A DNA stretch of 63,046 nucleotides, the filler included, from Polymyxa betae A26-41 (Eukaryota > Protista > Endomyxa: Phytomyxea), in NCBI GenBank assembly GCA_003693705.1. It is 3 parts of 3 records of this genome, joined end to end, with 100 filler letters (N's around TTAATTAATTAA, not from the genome) between each part and the next. Parts side by side here need not be neighbours in the genome. Positions count along the whole stretch, not along the records: positions 44,481 to 63,046 come from RBZT01000093.1; 2 more parts are not named here. One strand, given 5' to 3'. The notes under the pieces were generated by a model that saw only the letters and a program-made list of their open reading frames with translations, ran no database searches and had not been told where the DNA came from. Shown here piece by piece: positions 63,031 to 63,046 of the stretch. A program made the translations under genes and the position numbers. The number at the start of each line of letters is the position of its first letter. The first letter of the stretch is position 1.

Positions 63031-63046
63031 GTAGTCATAGCAGTCC

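Overview
Eukaryotic, intron-rich DNA (many ~50-nt GT-AG introns). It is three unrelated contigs joined by artificial 100-nt spacers (N44-TTAATTAATTAA-N44 at 14491-14590 and 44381-44480), so adjacency across the spacers means nothing. The gene content (IFT52, Shemin-pathway ALA synthase, P3A H+-ATPase, TORTIFOLIA1-like) suggests a flagellated non-photosynthetic protist, possibly a plasmodiophorid/rhizarian; this is inference only. Contig 1 (1-14490) is a nest of decayed transposons: three LTR elements sharing a tRNA-iMet half-molecule PBS, a Tourist/Pong-like MITE, Pong- and PIF-type Harbinger remnants, and pogo-like ends. Contig 2 (14591-44380) is compact housekeeping sequence: H4/H3, VPS9 GEF, thioredoxin-like, AGC kinase, ALAS, CARNMT1, TORTIFOLIA1-like, IFT52, ArgRS, H+-ATPase, APC transporter, a small secreted protein and a CAMK kinase. 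Contig 3 (44481-63046) has a 5S rRNA gene, RPN6, a FANCJ/RTEL1-family gene with degenerate ATPase motifs, a decayed CRESS-DNA-virus Rep, and DIRS/Ngaro and Ty3/gypsy relics. Best leads: the endogenous CRESS Rep with its terminal palindrome; the apparently dead Fe-S helicase with a SIM, repeat linker and Arg tail; an ArgRS with a PheRS-beta-like OB domain inserted in its catalytic core; and gag start codons embedded in the PBS. Exon models were read by eye, family assignments come from motif recognition, and no searches were run.
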